A DNA stretch of 64,000 nucleotides from an uncultured Treponema sp. Its GTDB lineage: Bacteria; Spirochaetota; Spirochaetia; Treponematales; Treponemataceae. The position numbers and the translations under genes were made by a program. The notes under the pieces were generated by a model. It made no database searches. It saw nothing but the letters and a program-made list of their open reading frames with translations, and was not told where the DNA came from. Of this stretch, positions 1-9,083 are shown in pieces. The stretch is from NCBI GenBank assembly GCA_946547845.1, contig CAMNPJ010000001.1, positions 18,985 to 82,984 of the forward strand, written 5' to 3'. Each line of letters begins with the position of its first letter. Position 1 is the stretch's first letter.

Positions 1-1619
1 GCATAGACGGAACGGACATCATCGTGAACAAGACCCGTGCCTGCGACCATGGCACAAACAGCATCTGGTACAATGCGTTCATCGCCTGCCAGGTCGCGGT
101 CGCATCCTATCGGACCAGATGCCCCGTCAAGCTGGTCTACACACGAGAGGAGCAGCAGAAATACATGGACTGCATGCAGCCCATCACCATCAGCCACCGG
201 ACGGCGCTCTCGCGGGAAGGCAAGCTGCTCGCCCTGCAGGTGGGCATAGAAGTGAATGCCGGCAGCTCCAACGTCTTTATCCGCGAGATAATCGACCGGC
301 TTGCGATTGCGGCGACGGGGTGCTATGACGCAGAGAACGTGAGCATAACATCGAGCGCGTTCTATTCCCGCAACCCGCCATCCTCCATCGACCAGCAGCT
401 CATAGATTCAGCTGCCTTCTTTGCCATAGAGAACCAGATGAACAAACTCTGCGGCAGCAGCGGCTTTACCCCGGCGGAAATCAGGCTGCTCAACCTTACA
501 GAAGGGGAGTACAGCGCGCGGAACGCCCCGCTCGTGCTTCTGCCAAAGGCAAAGGAGACAATCGACGCTATCATCGCACGGAGCGACTTTAACAGGAAAT
601 ACGCGTCCTACCACCTTGACAATATCACGAGAATGCGGCAGAAAGGCAAGGAGACGCAGATAATCTCCTACCTGACGCCGCTCCGGGGAATCGGATTTGC
701 CTGCGGTTACGAAGGCTCCTGCTATTACGGCTCGGAAGTCTTCAGCAGCGACCAGTCGCTCACCGTGACCATGCAGGCAGACGGCACCATCGTCATACAG
801 AGCCCCCCGATTTCCCGTTCCATCCAGGAGATATGGAGCAAACTCGCGTCCTCCATCTTGGGAATCACCCAGTCGTCGGTATCGATTGACTCGCACTTTG
901 ATGCAGGCAACGAGCCGCTGCTGCCGGAAGGTGTCTATTCGAATATCAGCATCATGACGCAGCTGCTGAAAAAATGCTGCGAGAGCCTGAAGAAGCGCAA
1001 GCCCGACACAAAGCTACCCTTCTCCGTAAAGAAAAAGCTTTCCGCCGCCCAAAAAAAGGCATGGGATTCCGCGGAATTTGAGGGCACCCCCTTCCACAGC
1101 TGCTCCTTTGCGGCCGCCACCATAGAAGTGGAGCTTGACCCCTGCACGTTCCGTGAGAAAATCAGGGAAATCAACATCATCATCAACGGAGGAAAAATCC
1201 TCAACTCCACGGCCGCGGAGAGCAACATAAAGCTGGCGGTTCAGCGCGTCCTCACGTCGCTCGTGGAGGAAGACAGCGTCGAATGCAACAACATCAAAAT
1301 CGCATTCATGCAGTCCGAGGAAAACCCCACGCAAATCGGGGAGCTTGTCTACCAGGTGCTTCCCGCCGCATACACGGAAGCTCTGTCGCAGGCGCTCGGC
1401 TGCACGGTAAGCACCCTGCCGATGCAAAGCAACAGCCTGTACAAGCTGCTGCAGGAAAAAGAGGCGTCGGAGCAAAAACAGTCAAAGAAACAGAGCACTC
1501 CGCCCGCTCAGACAGCCGCGGCAACAGCGAATGCGGATGCACAGGCAGCATCGGACGCGCAGCCTGAGCCGGAGAAGACAGAGGAGGCAGCACACCATGA
1601 TGATACCGGTAACGCTTAA
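1..1619 (+). CDS. xanthine dehydrogenase/aldehyde oxidase-family molybdopterin-binding subunit, C-terminal part (5' end upstream of window)
   Basis: Frame is open from base 3 (IDGTDIIVNKT...), so track ORF 24..1619 is a truncation. RCPVKLVYTREEQ segment and overall layout resemble the large Mo subunit. Followed by the two partner subunit genes. Q/A-rich low-complexity tail. Confidence 0.65.
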   Translation, partial: IDGTDIIVNKTRACDHGTNSIWYNAFIACQVAVASYRTRCPVKLVYTREEQQKYMDCMQPITISHRTALSREGKLLALQVGIEVNAGSSNVFIREIIDRLAIAATGCYDAENVSITSSAFYSRNPPSSIDQQLIDSAAFFAIENQMNKLCGSSGFTPAEIRLLNLTEGEYSARNAPLVLLPKAKETIDAIIARSDFNRKYASYHLDNITRMRQKGKETQIISYLTPLRGIGFACGYEGSCYYGSEVFSSDQSLTVTMQADGTIVIQSPPISRSIQEIWSKLASSILGITQSSVSIDSHFDAGNEPLLPEGVYSNISIMTQLLKKCCESLKKRKPDTKLPFSVKKKLSAAQKKAWDSAEFEGTPFHSCSFAAATIEVELDPCTFREKIREINIIINGGKILNSTAAESNIKLAVQRVLTSLVEEDSVECNNIKIAFMQSEENPTQIGELVYQVLPAAYTEALSQALGCTVSTLPMQSNSLYKLLQEKEASEQKQSKKQSTPPAQTAAATANADAQAASDAQPEPEKTEEAAHHDDTGNA

Positions 1620-2088
1620 CAACAAGAAGACGGTGCTTGACGCGGATCCGTCAGAATCCCTGCTGACCGTGCTGCGGCGGGAAAAACTGTTCAAGGTAAA
1701 ATGCGGCTGCGAGAAAGGCTTCTGCGGCAACTGCATGGTGCTTCTCGATGACAATCCTATCCCCAGCTGCAAGATTGCCGCCAGCATGGTCAGGGACAGC
1801 CGCATCGTCACGCTGGAATACTTCGTCAACTATCCCGTCTACAAGGATATTGTCTCCGGCTTCAACGAGGCCGGCATCCATCTGTGCGGCTACTGCGACG
1901 CCGGAAAGATACTCACGGCATACGACCTGCTCCGGAAATACCGGCGCGTCGAGCCGCAGCAGATTTTTGAGGCAGTAAAACATCTGGACTGCTGCTGCAC
2001 CGACAGGGACACGCTGGTGAACGGCATCCTGTATGCAGTCGCGGCAAAACATGCGCGGGAAGGAAGGCTGGAAAATGGAAAAAAATAA
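1597..2088 (+). CDS. (2Fe-2S)-binding small subunit of the molybdenum hydroxylase
   Basis: ATG 1597 preceded by GAGGAGG. Cys clusters CGCEKGFCGNC and CGYCDAG are typical of the two [2Fe-2S] sites. Overlaps the end of the upstream subunit gene. Confidence 0.75.
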   Translation: MMIPVTLNNKKTVLDADPSESLLTVLRREKLFKVKCGCEKGFCGNCMVLLDDNPIPSCKIAASMVRDSRIVTLEYFVNYPVYKDIVSGFNEAGIHLCGYCDAGKILTAYDLLRKYRRVEPQQIFEAVKHLDCCCTDRDTLVNGILYAVAAKHAREGRLENGKK

Positions 2089-2881
2089 CCATACCGTGCT
2101 GATTGCAAAGACCTTTCAGGACATCGGCTATCACCTTAACTCGGTACACGCGCTGCAGGTGCTCGGCGGAGGAACATGGGTCGATTCCTACGGAGAGAAG
2201 GCGGTATCCCTGCGCTCCATCGAAGAGCTGAAGACCATAGAAAAGCACGAGCGCTACATAGACTTTGGCGCGGCGGTGACGATAGCGCAGATGCTGGAGA
2301 TGGGCAGGACAAACATGCCCACCATTCTCTACGACGCGCTCTCCAGCATAGGGACGCGCTCAGTCCGCAACCTTGCGACGCTGGGAGGCAATATCTGCGC
2401 CAAAGGCCAGAAGCTGACGCTCTATGCCCCGCTGCTCGCGCTGGACGCACGCCTTGAGCTGCGGAACCAGAACGACACAAAAAACATTCCTTTCAGCAAA
2501 TTCTCCGGGGTTCCCGACGGCTATGTGCTCACGCAGGTACGGGTTCCCGTCGATGACTGGGAGGTGGCCATATTCCGCCGCGTCGGCCCGCTGAACAGAA
2601 TCAGCCCGCTGAGCGCCAGCTTCGCCTTCCTCGTCGATACCCAGAAGAATATCATCGCCAACATCAAGATTGCATTTGCGGGCATCATCGTATTCCGCTC
2701 GCACGAGCTGGAGAACAAAATCATCGGCTCACGGCTTCCGCTGGGGAACAAATTCATCGACTCCCTCGTACAGGAAGCAGAACGGATGTATAGCCAGCAA
2801 TTCGCGGCGGAGAACGCAGAGCCTGTGCTCAAGGCGCAGTTCCTGAGCCTCCTCCAGTACTCGCTGGGGCAGCTGACCTGA
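2075..2881 (+). CDS. FAD-binding (CO dehydrogenase flavoprotein-like) medium subunit of the molybdenum hydroxylase
   Basis: MEKNN start after GGAAGGAAGG. ATLGGNI motif, ~270 aa, third gene of the L-S-M trio. Confidence 0.65.
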   Translation: MEKNNHTVLIAKTFQDIGYHLNSVHALQVLGGGTWVDSYGEKAVSLRSIEELKTIEKHERYIDFGAAVTIAQMLEMGRTNMPTILYDALSSIGTRSVRNLATLGGNICAKGQKLTLYAPLLALDARLELRNQNDTKNIPFSKFSGVPDGYVLTQVRVPVDDWEVAIFRRVGPLNRISPLSASFAFLVDTQKNIIANIKIAFAGIIVFRSHELENKIIGSRLPLGNKFIDSLVQEAERMYSQQFAAENAEPVLKAQFLSLLQYSLGQLT

Positions 2882-2901
2882 CAGAGCCCGCCGCTGCAGC
2901 C

Positions 2902-3942
2902 CTACTGTATGAGCATGGCGTCGCCGTAGGAGAAGAAGCGGTATTTCTCCTGCACGGCAGTGCTGTACGCGCGGAGGATATGCTCGCGGGAAGCAAAGGC
3001 GCTCACCAGCATGATAAGCGTCGATTCGGGCGTATGGAAATTCGTGAACATCTGATCCACAAGCTTAAAGCGGTAGCCGGGGTACATAAAGATATGCGTG
3101 CTGCCGGTGCCGCCTTGCACCAGGCCGTCATCGCCCGCGGCGCTCTCAAGCGTACGCACGCTCGTTGTGCCGACAGCAAGCACCGGCCGCCCCTCGCGCT
3201 TTGCCCTGTTTATTTTTTCCGCGACATCGTAAGGCACCGTGTACACTTCCTCGTGCATCGTATGCTCCTCTATGTTCTCCGCACGGACAGGCAGGAACGT
3301 CCCCAGGCCGACGTGCAGCGTAATCCACGCAAGCTCCACGCCTCTGTCGCGGAGCCGCTGCAGCATTTCCTCGGTAAAATGCAGACCCGCCGTGGGGCAG
3401 GCGGCGCTGCCTGTCTCCGTGGCGTACACCGTCTGGTAGCGCTCGGTGTCGAGGTCCGTATCGCCGCGGCGGATGTAGGGCGGCAGCGGAATATGCCCGT
3501 TGCGCTCAAACCATTCCTCTGTAATGCGGAACGGAAACTGTATGGCGCGGAATTCCGTTCCCGCGTCTTGCGGCTGGCCGACAACCGTTCCCTCCGATCC
3601 GTCAGGGAATACATACACGCCGCCGTCCTTCACCTTCTTTGCGCCTTTTACCATGGTATTCCAGACGCAGCCGTTCGTGCCAATCTGGTTCAGGAACATG
3701 AATTCCTGCTCCCTGCCCGTCGCTTTCTTTATCCCGTAGCACCGGCTGCGGCGCACACGGCTGTTGTTGAACACCATAAGCGTTCCCGGCCGCACAAGAT
3801 CCGGCAGGTCAGCCATCACATGATGCTCTATCGCGCCAGAGCTACGGCCGAGCAGCATCAGGCGATCCTGCCCCCGCGCCCCTGACGGTTTCTGGGCAAT
3901 AAGCTCCTGCGGTAAATCAAAATAAAAGTCGCTGGTCTTCAT
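2902..3942 (-). CDS. queA: S-adenosylmethionine:tRNA ribosyltransferase-isomerase
   Basis: 346 aa, [20 protein letters not shown]-terminus and full-length QueA-like sequence. Overlaps the ruvB stop by 26 nt. Confidence 0.9.
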   Translation of the reverse strand: MKTSDFYFDLPQELIAQKPSGARGQDRLMLLGRSSGAIEHHVMADLPDLVRPGTLMVFNNSRVRRSRCYGIKKATGREQEFMFLNQIGTNGCVWNTMVKGAKKVKDGGVYVFPDGSEGTVVGQPQDAGTEFRAIQFPFRITEEWFERNGHIPLPPYIRRGDTDLDTERYQTVYATETGSAACPTAGLHFTEEMLQRLRDRGVELAWITLHVGLGTFLPVRAENIEEHTMHEEVYTVPYDVAEKINRAKREGRPVLAVGTTSVRTLESAAGDDGLVQGGTGSTHIFMYPGYRFKLVDQMFTNFHTPESTLIMLVSAFASREHILRAYSTAVQEKYRFFSYGDAMLIQ

Positions 3943-5116
3943 GTACGTTTCCTTCTTTCGGCCTCAAGCCCAGATGGCGGTATGCCCGTTCCGTGACAAT
4001 CCTTCCTCTGGGAGTCCGTTGCAACAAGCCGCACTGAATCAGGTACGGCTCATAATAGTCTTCCAGCGTGTCCATGGACTCGCCAATGGAAATCGCAAGG
4101 GTCTCCGCGCCAACCGGCCCGCCGGAAAAATTATTTATTATGGAGAGCAAAATCTCCCTGTCATAGTGCTCAAGTCCGAGCGAATCGATGCCCAGACGGC
4201 GCAAACCGGCGGCGGCAATCTCCCGCGTGATGGACGCGCTTTTTTCAGCCTGGGCAAAATCCCTCATGCGGCGGAGCACCCGGTTCACCACGCGCGGCGT
4301 TCCACGGGAACAATCCGCCATGAGCGCGGCAGCATCGTCGTCCACGCGCACGTTCAGGATAGCAGCGGAGCGGTGCACAATCTGCATCAGCTCTTCCTGC
4401 GTATAGAAATTAAAGCGCTGGATGATGCCAAAACGGCTGATGAGGGGCGAGCTTACCATACCGGCTTTTGTCGTGGCGCCGACCAAGGTAAAATGAGGTA
4501 TGGGAATGCGGACAGTACGAGCGGCAGCTCCCTGCCCTATCACCCAGTCAAGCTCAAAATCCTCCATCGCAATATACAGCATCTCCTCGATGGCTGGCTT
4601 TAAGCGGTGAATCTCATCGATGAAAAAAACCGTGCGCGGCGTTATGGTCGAAAGTATCCCCGCAAGGTCTTTCGGCTTGTCAAGCGCGGGCGCACTGGTC
4701 ACCTTGAAATCGGCATCAAGCTCATGCGCCGTAATCTGCGCGAGCGTAGTCTTGCCAAGTCCCGGCGGGCCTATCAGAAAAAGGTGGTCAAGCGCCTCCT
4801 GCCGCTCCTTTGCAGCCCCGATGAATATGGAGAGGTTCTCCTTTATGGCGCTCTGTCCCAAAAATTCTGAGAGGGTGGCAGGGCGCAGCTTGTTCTCCTG
4901 CGCGTCGTCGGCGGAAACACTGTCTGCACGGACGATATGCATATCAAGCTCCGCATCACGCCCACGCACAATCGTCGTCCTTCCGCCGTCCTCCATGGAA
5001 GCCCCCTGCGAGGCCTGAGCCGCCAGCTGTGCGACGATGTTCATCTCGTCCTCGCCATCATTTTTCTCCGCCCGGCCGCGGGAATACTTGCTCCGGCTGT
5101 TCACACTCCTGTTCAT
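3917..5116 (-). CDS. ruvB: Holliday junction branch migration helicase RuvB
   Basis: [12 protein letters not shown], Walker [12 protein letters not shown], RuvB-type AAA+ plus winged-helix tail. ATG 5116 overlaps the ruvA stop (TGATG). The N-terminal ~55 aa are atypical, so later ATGs (5044, 4996, 4942) are possible. Confidence 0.9.
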   Translation of the reverse strand: MNRSVNSRSKYSRGRAEKNDGEDEMNIVAQLAAQASQGASMEDGGRTTIVRGRDAELDMHIVRADSVSADDAQENKLRPATLSEFLGQSAIKENLSIFIGAAKERQEALDHLFLIGPPGLGKTTLAQITAHELDADFKVTSAPALDKPKDLAGILSTITPRTVFFIDEIHRLKPAIEEMLYIAMEDFELDWVIGQGAAARTVRIPIPHFTLVGATTKAGMVSSPLISRFGIIQRFNFYTQEELMQIVHRSAAILNVRVDDDAAALMADCSRGTPRVVNRVLRRMRDFAQAEKSASITREIAAAGLRRLGIDSLGLEHYDREILLSIINNFSGGPVGAETLAISIGESMDTLEDYYEPYLIQCGLLQRTPRGRIVTERAYRHLGLRPKEGNVHEDQRLLF

Positions 5117-5733
5117 CAGGCAAGCTCCACAAGCGCGCGACGGAACAGCACGTCCTCTTTGGCGGACTTAGACTGCCCCGCAAAGGAGGCATCTGCCTCA
5201 AGGACGGCGGCAACATCAGAGACAGCCTGCTCGGCAGTCCGCCGCTCATAGCCCATCCCTACCAGCGCCGTCACCACGTCCGCATACGGCTGCGCGGAGG
5301 GGCGTGCGGCAGCCCCCACGGCGCCATCATCAAGGGACAGTTTGCCTTTCAGCTGCAGCAGCATTTTTGCCGCCGTCTTTTTGCCCACACCAGGCACCTT
5401 CTGCAGCGCAGCAACATCGCCGCTGTCAAGGATTTTTGCGAGGGAGACCGACGATATGCTGCCCATTATCTTGAGTGCGGCTTTCGGCCCGATTCCGTCA
5501 ACCTTCAGCAGGTCAAAGAAAAGCGTCCGGTCCTGCTCACTCGCAAAACCGAACAGCGTCATCAGCATATCCGTATGCTGCAGCCACGTGTAGACACGAG
5601 CCGTCCCGCCGACCGGAGGAAAAGCGTCCAGCGCGCTGTCGGGCACCGTGATATCCCACTCGATACCGTGGGTGTCAAGATAGAGTTTCTGCGGAAATTT
5701 TCCTGTAATCGTACCGCTCAGACTGTTGAACAT
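5116..5733 (-). CDS. ruvA: Holliday junction DNA-binding protein RuvA
   Basis: 205 aa, [13 protein letters not shown]-terminus, HhH region [13 protein letters not shown]-terminal domain III. Confidence 0.9.
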   Translation of the reverse strand: MFNSLSGTITGKFPQKLYLDTHGIEWDITVPDSALDAFPPVGGTARVYTWLQHTDMLMTLFGFASEQDRTLFFDLLKVDGIGPKAALKIMGSISSVSLAKILDSGDVAALQKVPGVGKKTAAKMLLQLKGKLSLDDGAVGAAARPSAQPYADVVTALVGMGYERRTAEQAVSDVAAVLEADASFAGQSKSAKEDVLFRRALVELA

Positions 5734-5760
5734 AGCAAGAGCAAGTATAGCAGAAAACGC

Positions 5761-7287
5761 TCAGTTGTAACAGTCCACGAGCATGGCAAAATCATGCAGG
5801 TGCCCGTAAATACTGCTCAGGCTGTCTTCCACCGGCTCTTTGAAGAAGGCGTCAAGCTCGTCCCAGTTCTGCACAATCTGAGAGGCCATATTCGTCCGCT
5901 CCTCAAGCAACGCCTGAAAATACGACTCGAACTTGCAGAGCCGCTCCTGCTGCTCCTGCACCAGCGAAATAAATGTGGAATCGATGGATTTCAGCGCGCT
6001 GCGCAGCTGCACCTCGGCAGTCCGGTCGCTGCTGATATTCTGGAAAAGCACCGACAGCTTGTAGCCCTGCTGGAATTTCGGGGAAAGCTGCATCTCGGTC
6101 TTGACGAGCACCGTGTCCTGCTCCACCACATCGTGGAATTCCTGCGCAAGCTGCGACACGAAGTTCTGTTCGGACGAGACCGCACGCACGGAGAACACCT
6201 TCATAAAGCGGACAATCTCGGTCTTGACGTAGAGCTCGACAAAAGCGTGCACGTGGAACAGCTCCGTGCATTTTGTGAATCCGGGGAGCCCCTCCGCCGT
6301 ATAGCGCTGCGAGACGGCTTCCGTGTAGTTCTGCAGCACAGGCACGTCCTTTCCGTCAAAAAGCTTTGCCGCAAGCAGATTCAGCTGTTCCGCACGGTGC
6401 TTGGAGTACAGGGTTTCCAGCGCGCCTGCGACGGTCTGGGAGAGCGTATCAGTATAGGCCTGGACGGCATTCGTATCCGGAAGGTACAGCTGCGGCTGGA
6501 ACGCGATATCATGGAGCACAAGCTTTCCGAGTGCCTCAAAGACATTCTTCTGCTGCAGCTGGCGGAGCTCCGCAAAGAGCTGGGTATATCTGTCAGGGTT
6601 TGACATCTTGCAGCCGGGGCGCTTCGCCAAAAAGCCAAAGGCCTCCTTCCAGTCAGGAACCTGCAGCACTGTATATAAGGAAGAAATGAAGCCCGCAATC
6701 TGCTGCGCCACAAAATTCTTGTATACCGGCACAAAGCGCGGCTGGGAGGGGAATGTGCCTTCCGTCAGCGACGGCGCAAAATGCTTGAGCATATCAAAAT
6801 AATCGACCGTGCAGAACTGCTTGAGCTGCATGACGGCGTTATAGACATTGTTGATGACGGCAAGCTGCTCCGGCTCAAAGCTGTCCTGCAGCGTATCGAA
6901 AAGCCCGGAAATATGCTCCTTGACAGCCTCAAAGACATCGCTGCCCATCGACGCCGTAAGCCGCTCCTCCGAGAACTGCTCCAGCAGGGATTGCTGCTCC
7001 GCCGTCAGATAATAGGTGACCACCAGCGGGACATAGCTGGCATCATCGTTGTTCGCAAGGAAGAATTCCCGCAGGGGGTTGATAGTTCCGTATATCTTGT
7101 ACAGAAGCGCCGCAAAATCGGGCATCACCATCTCCCTGCTGAATTTATAATAGCTGCAGGAAGCCTTCATGAGGAGCTTATACTCTTTTTTGAGGGCAGA
7201 GCGCTGGCTGTCCCACGTTCTGCCAAGAAAAAAATCCGCGATGAGCGTCAGCAGGCTCCGCTTCTGTTCTTCACTGTTATCCTGCAT
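5761..7287 (-). CDS. hypothetical protein (helix-rich, no motif recognised) embedded between ruvC and ruvA
   Basis: Long uninterrupted ORF in the operon direction. ATG 7287 has a GGTGGA RBS (ATG 7302 is the alternative). No recognisable catalytic motif. Confidence 0.6.
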   Translation of the reverse strand: MQDNSEEQKRSLLTLIADFFLGRTWDSQRSALKKEYKLLMKASCSYYKFSREMVMPDFAALLYKIYGTINPLREFFLANNDDASYVPLVVTYYLTAEQQSLLEQFSEERLTASMGSDVFEAVKEHISGLFDTLQDSFEPEQLAVINNVYNAVMQLKQFCTVDYFDMLKHFAPSLTEGTFPSQPRFVPVYKNFVAQQIAGFISSLYTVLQVPDWKEAFGFLAKRPGCKMSNPDRYTQLFAELRQLQQKNVFEALGKLVLHDIAFQPQLYLPDTNAVQAYTDTLSQTVAGALETLYSKHRAEQLNLLAAKLFDGKDVPVLQNYTEAVSQRYTAEGLPGFTKCTELFHVHAFVELYVKTEIVRFMKVFSVRAVSSEQNFVSQLAQEFHDVVEQDTVLVKTEMQLSPKFQQGYKLSVLFQNISSDRTAEVQLRSALKSIDSTFISLVQEQQERLCKFESYFQALLEERTNMASQIVQNWDELDAFFKEPVEDSLSSIYGHLHDFAMLVDCYN

Positions 7288-7302
7288 TTTCTTTCCACCC
7301 AT

Positions 7303-7337
7303 AAAATAGAGCCGACCGGGAACCCCTGCCCCGGCTC
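7303..7337 (-). terminator. terminator-like GC hairpin followed by UAUUUU, abutting the ATG at 7302
   Basis: GAGCCGGGGCAGGGGUUCCCGGUCGGCUC then UAUUUU on the minus strand. Confidence 0.4.
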
Positions 7338-7345
7338 ATCAACCT

Positions 7346-7386
7346 TAAAAACTGCATTTTTGCAAGACCTTCGCCTGAAAAATGCA
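7346..7386 (-). terminator. terminator-like hairpin UGCAUUUUU...AAAAAUGCA followed by GUUUUU
   Basis: 9-bp stem and 16-nt loop, then a U-run on the minus strand. Confidence 0.4.
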
Positions 7387-7553
7387 AGACGAATAAGGAA
7401 AGCACAAGCTTTCCGGACAGGCCGAATACAAAGCCCGGACACCGGACATGCCAGTTTCCGCCGTAATTCCGCGTGCTTTCCGGGCTAGCACCCTGCAGCA
7501 TGACAGAATGCGGCACCCCGTGCCCGTAAAACAGAGCATTCAAGCTACGTTTT

Positions 7554-7582
7554 ATTATGGTGCAATATCGGTGTGCTGTCAA
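7554..7582 (-). promoter_or_regulatory. sigma-70-type promoter TTGACA-N17-CATAAT just downstream of ruvC
   Basis: Minus strand reads TTGACAgcacaccgatattgcacCATAAT. Drives the structured RNA/leader at 7303..7547. Confidence 0.5.
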
Positions 7583-7591
7583 ATGCTTTTT

Positions 7592-8101
7592 TCAGGAAGC
7601 ACCGCCAGCCAGCGTAGCGCAGCGGGTCGTATGGATATGCGTTATGGCCCCGGCAAGCGCATCCGCCGCATGATCCGGGCGCGGCACCGTCTTAAGGTGC
7701 AGCAGCAGCTTGACGTACTGCTCCACAGTCTCTTTGTCCGCCGAGGATGTCCCCGTCACCGCAGATTTTATCTGGTTCGGCGTATACATAGTCAGCGGCA
7801 CGGCCTGCTGCGCAAGGCAGAGCGTGACGACGCCCTTGGCCTCTGCCACGGCAAGCGCGCTCGTTACGTTGCGGGCAAAATACAAGGCCTCCATCTCAGC
7901 CTCATCCGGGCGGAATTCATCCAGCACGGCAAGCAGGCGGTTGTAGATGGAAAGCAGGCGGAGCGAATGGTCTTCGCCCGCGGCAGTCTCGATAACACCG
8001 TAACTCACGAGCTTGAGGCCAGAGCTTGAGGCATCCACAATGCCAAAGCCCGTGTGCGCAAGCCCCGGATCAATCCCGATTACCCTTCTGCCCCGTTTCA
8101 T
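7592..8101 (-). CDS. ruvC: crossover junction endodeoxyribonuclease RuvC
   Basis: MKRGRRVIGIDPG, AVAEAKG, PDHAADALA motifs; 169 aa. Confidence 0.9.
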   Translation of the reverse strand: MKRGRRVIGIDPGLAHTGFGIVDASSSGLKLVSYGVIETAAGEDHSLRLLSIYNRLLAVLDEFRPDEAEMEALYFARNVTSALAVAEAKGVVTLCLAQQAVPLTMYTPNQIKSAVTGTSSADKETVEQYVKLLLHLKTVPRPDHAADALAGAITHIHTTRCATLAGGAS

Positions 8102-8233
8102 GACTTCCCATAGTGCCGAAGATAAAAAAACACCCCCACCATGCTCCGGTCAAACCAGACTGGCAGGGGAACAGGCAGGAGCGGCCAAAACAGCCGCCCT
8201 GCGCATCCATACAGAATCTAGGAACGGATTGCC

Positions 8234-8980
8234 TTACTCCGCATCCGGGTCAAAGTCGTCCGGATACTCCACCGTCGTATAGACGTTCTGGACATCCTCG
8301 TCCTCTTCCAGCTTGTTGATAAGCTTCTGTACCTTCTTTGCCGTATCCATATCGACAGCCGTATATGCCTGCGGAACCATGGACACAGAGGCAGACAGGG
8401 ACTCATATTCTTTTTTCTGCAGCGCCTCAAGCACTTTGTCAAAAGAAGTCGGATCGGTGGTAACGGTGATGACGCCGTCCTCATTCACGATGTCCTCTGC
8501 GCCCGCATCAAGGGCAACCTCCATCAGCTCCTCTTCGCTCACCTTCTCGGCGTCGTACTCGATGACACCCTTGCGGTCAAACATACGGCTGACAGAACCG
8601 GTCGTTCCCAGATTACCGCCGTTCTTCGTAAAGAAATTGCGCACATTTGCCGCGGCGCGGTTCTTATTGTCGGTCAGGACTTCCACCAGAACTGCAACGC
8701 CGCCCGGAGCATATCCTTCGTACACAAGCTCCTCGTAAGAGACGGCTCCAAGCTCACCGGTACCCTTTTTGATTGCGCGCTCGATATTGTCCTTCGGCAT
8801 GGAAGCCGCACGCGCTTTAAGGACGGCCGTACGGAGACGGGGGTTTGCGTTGACATCTCCGCCACCCATCTTAGCTGCAATAGAAATTTCCTTTATAAAC
8901 TTTGTGAACAGCTGACCGCGCTTGGCATCAGCAATCCCCTTCGCATGCTTGATGGTTGACCATTTACTATGTCCTGACAT
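8234..8980 (-). CDS. yebC: YebC/PmpR-family DNA-binding regulator
   Basis: [15 protein letters not shown]...NPRLR...; 248 aa, classic YebC sequence. Confidence 0.9.
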   Translation of the reverse strand: MSGHSKWSTIKHAKGIADAKRGQLFTKFIKEISIAAKMGGGDVNANPRLRTAVLKARAASMPKDNIERAIKKGTGELGAVSYEELVYEGYAPGGVAVLVEVLTDNKNRAAANVRNFFTKNGGNLGTTGSVSRMFDRKGVIEYDAEKVSEEELMEVALDAGAEDIVNEDGVITVTTDPTSFDKVLEALQKKEYESLSASVSMVPQAYTAVDMDTAKKVQKLINKLEEDEDVQNVYTTVEYPDDFDPDAE

Positions 8981-9083
8981 TGGAAACTCCTCTAATAAAT
9001 ACAGATTGTGAGTGACAGTTTATCATAAAACTGCACTATATGTCAATGAGCCAGTCTCAAAACCAGCGGCTTCCGAGCCCAGC

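Larger units (their letters stand above)
7303..7547 (-). ncRNA. candidate structured RNA or long 5' leader (class unknown)
   Basis: Several stable hairpins: GGCAC-GGG-GUGCC, GCCCGGA...UCCGGGC, GGAAAGC-UUGU-GCUUUCC. Two terminator-like stem-loops at the 3' end. Confidence 0.3.

Noticed and set aside
5029-6603. Very long ORFs antisense to annotated genes. Examples: 5029..6603 (+), 9651..11213 (+), 12097..13464 (+), 15147..16595 (+), 22157..23545 (+), 23388..24830 (+), 24873..26027 (+), 41697..42713 (+), 44481..45293 (-), 46387..47532 (-), 58691..59953 (+), 60923..61912 (+).
   Set aside because: Each lies opposite a gene whose product has clear family motifs. Their translations are Arg/Ala/Gly/His-rich, low-information sequences typical of shadow ORFs in GC-rich DNA, with no recognisable motifs or RBS.
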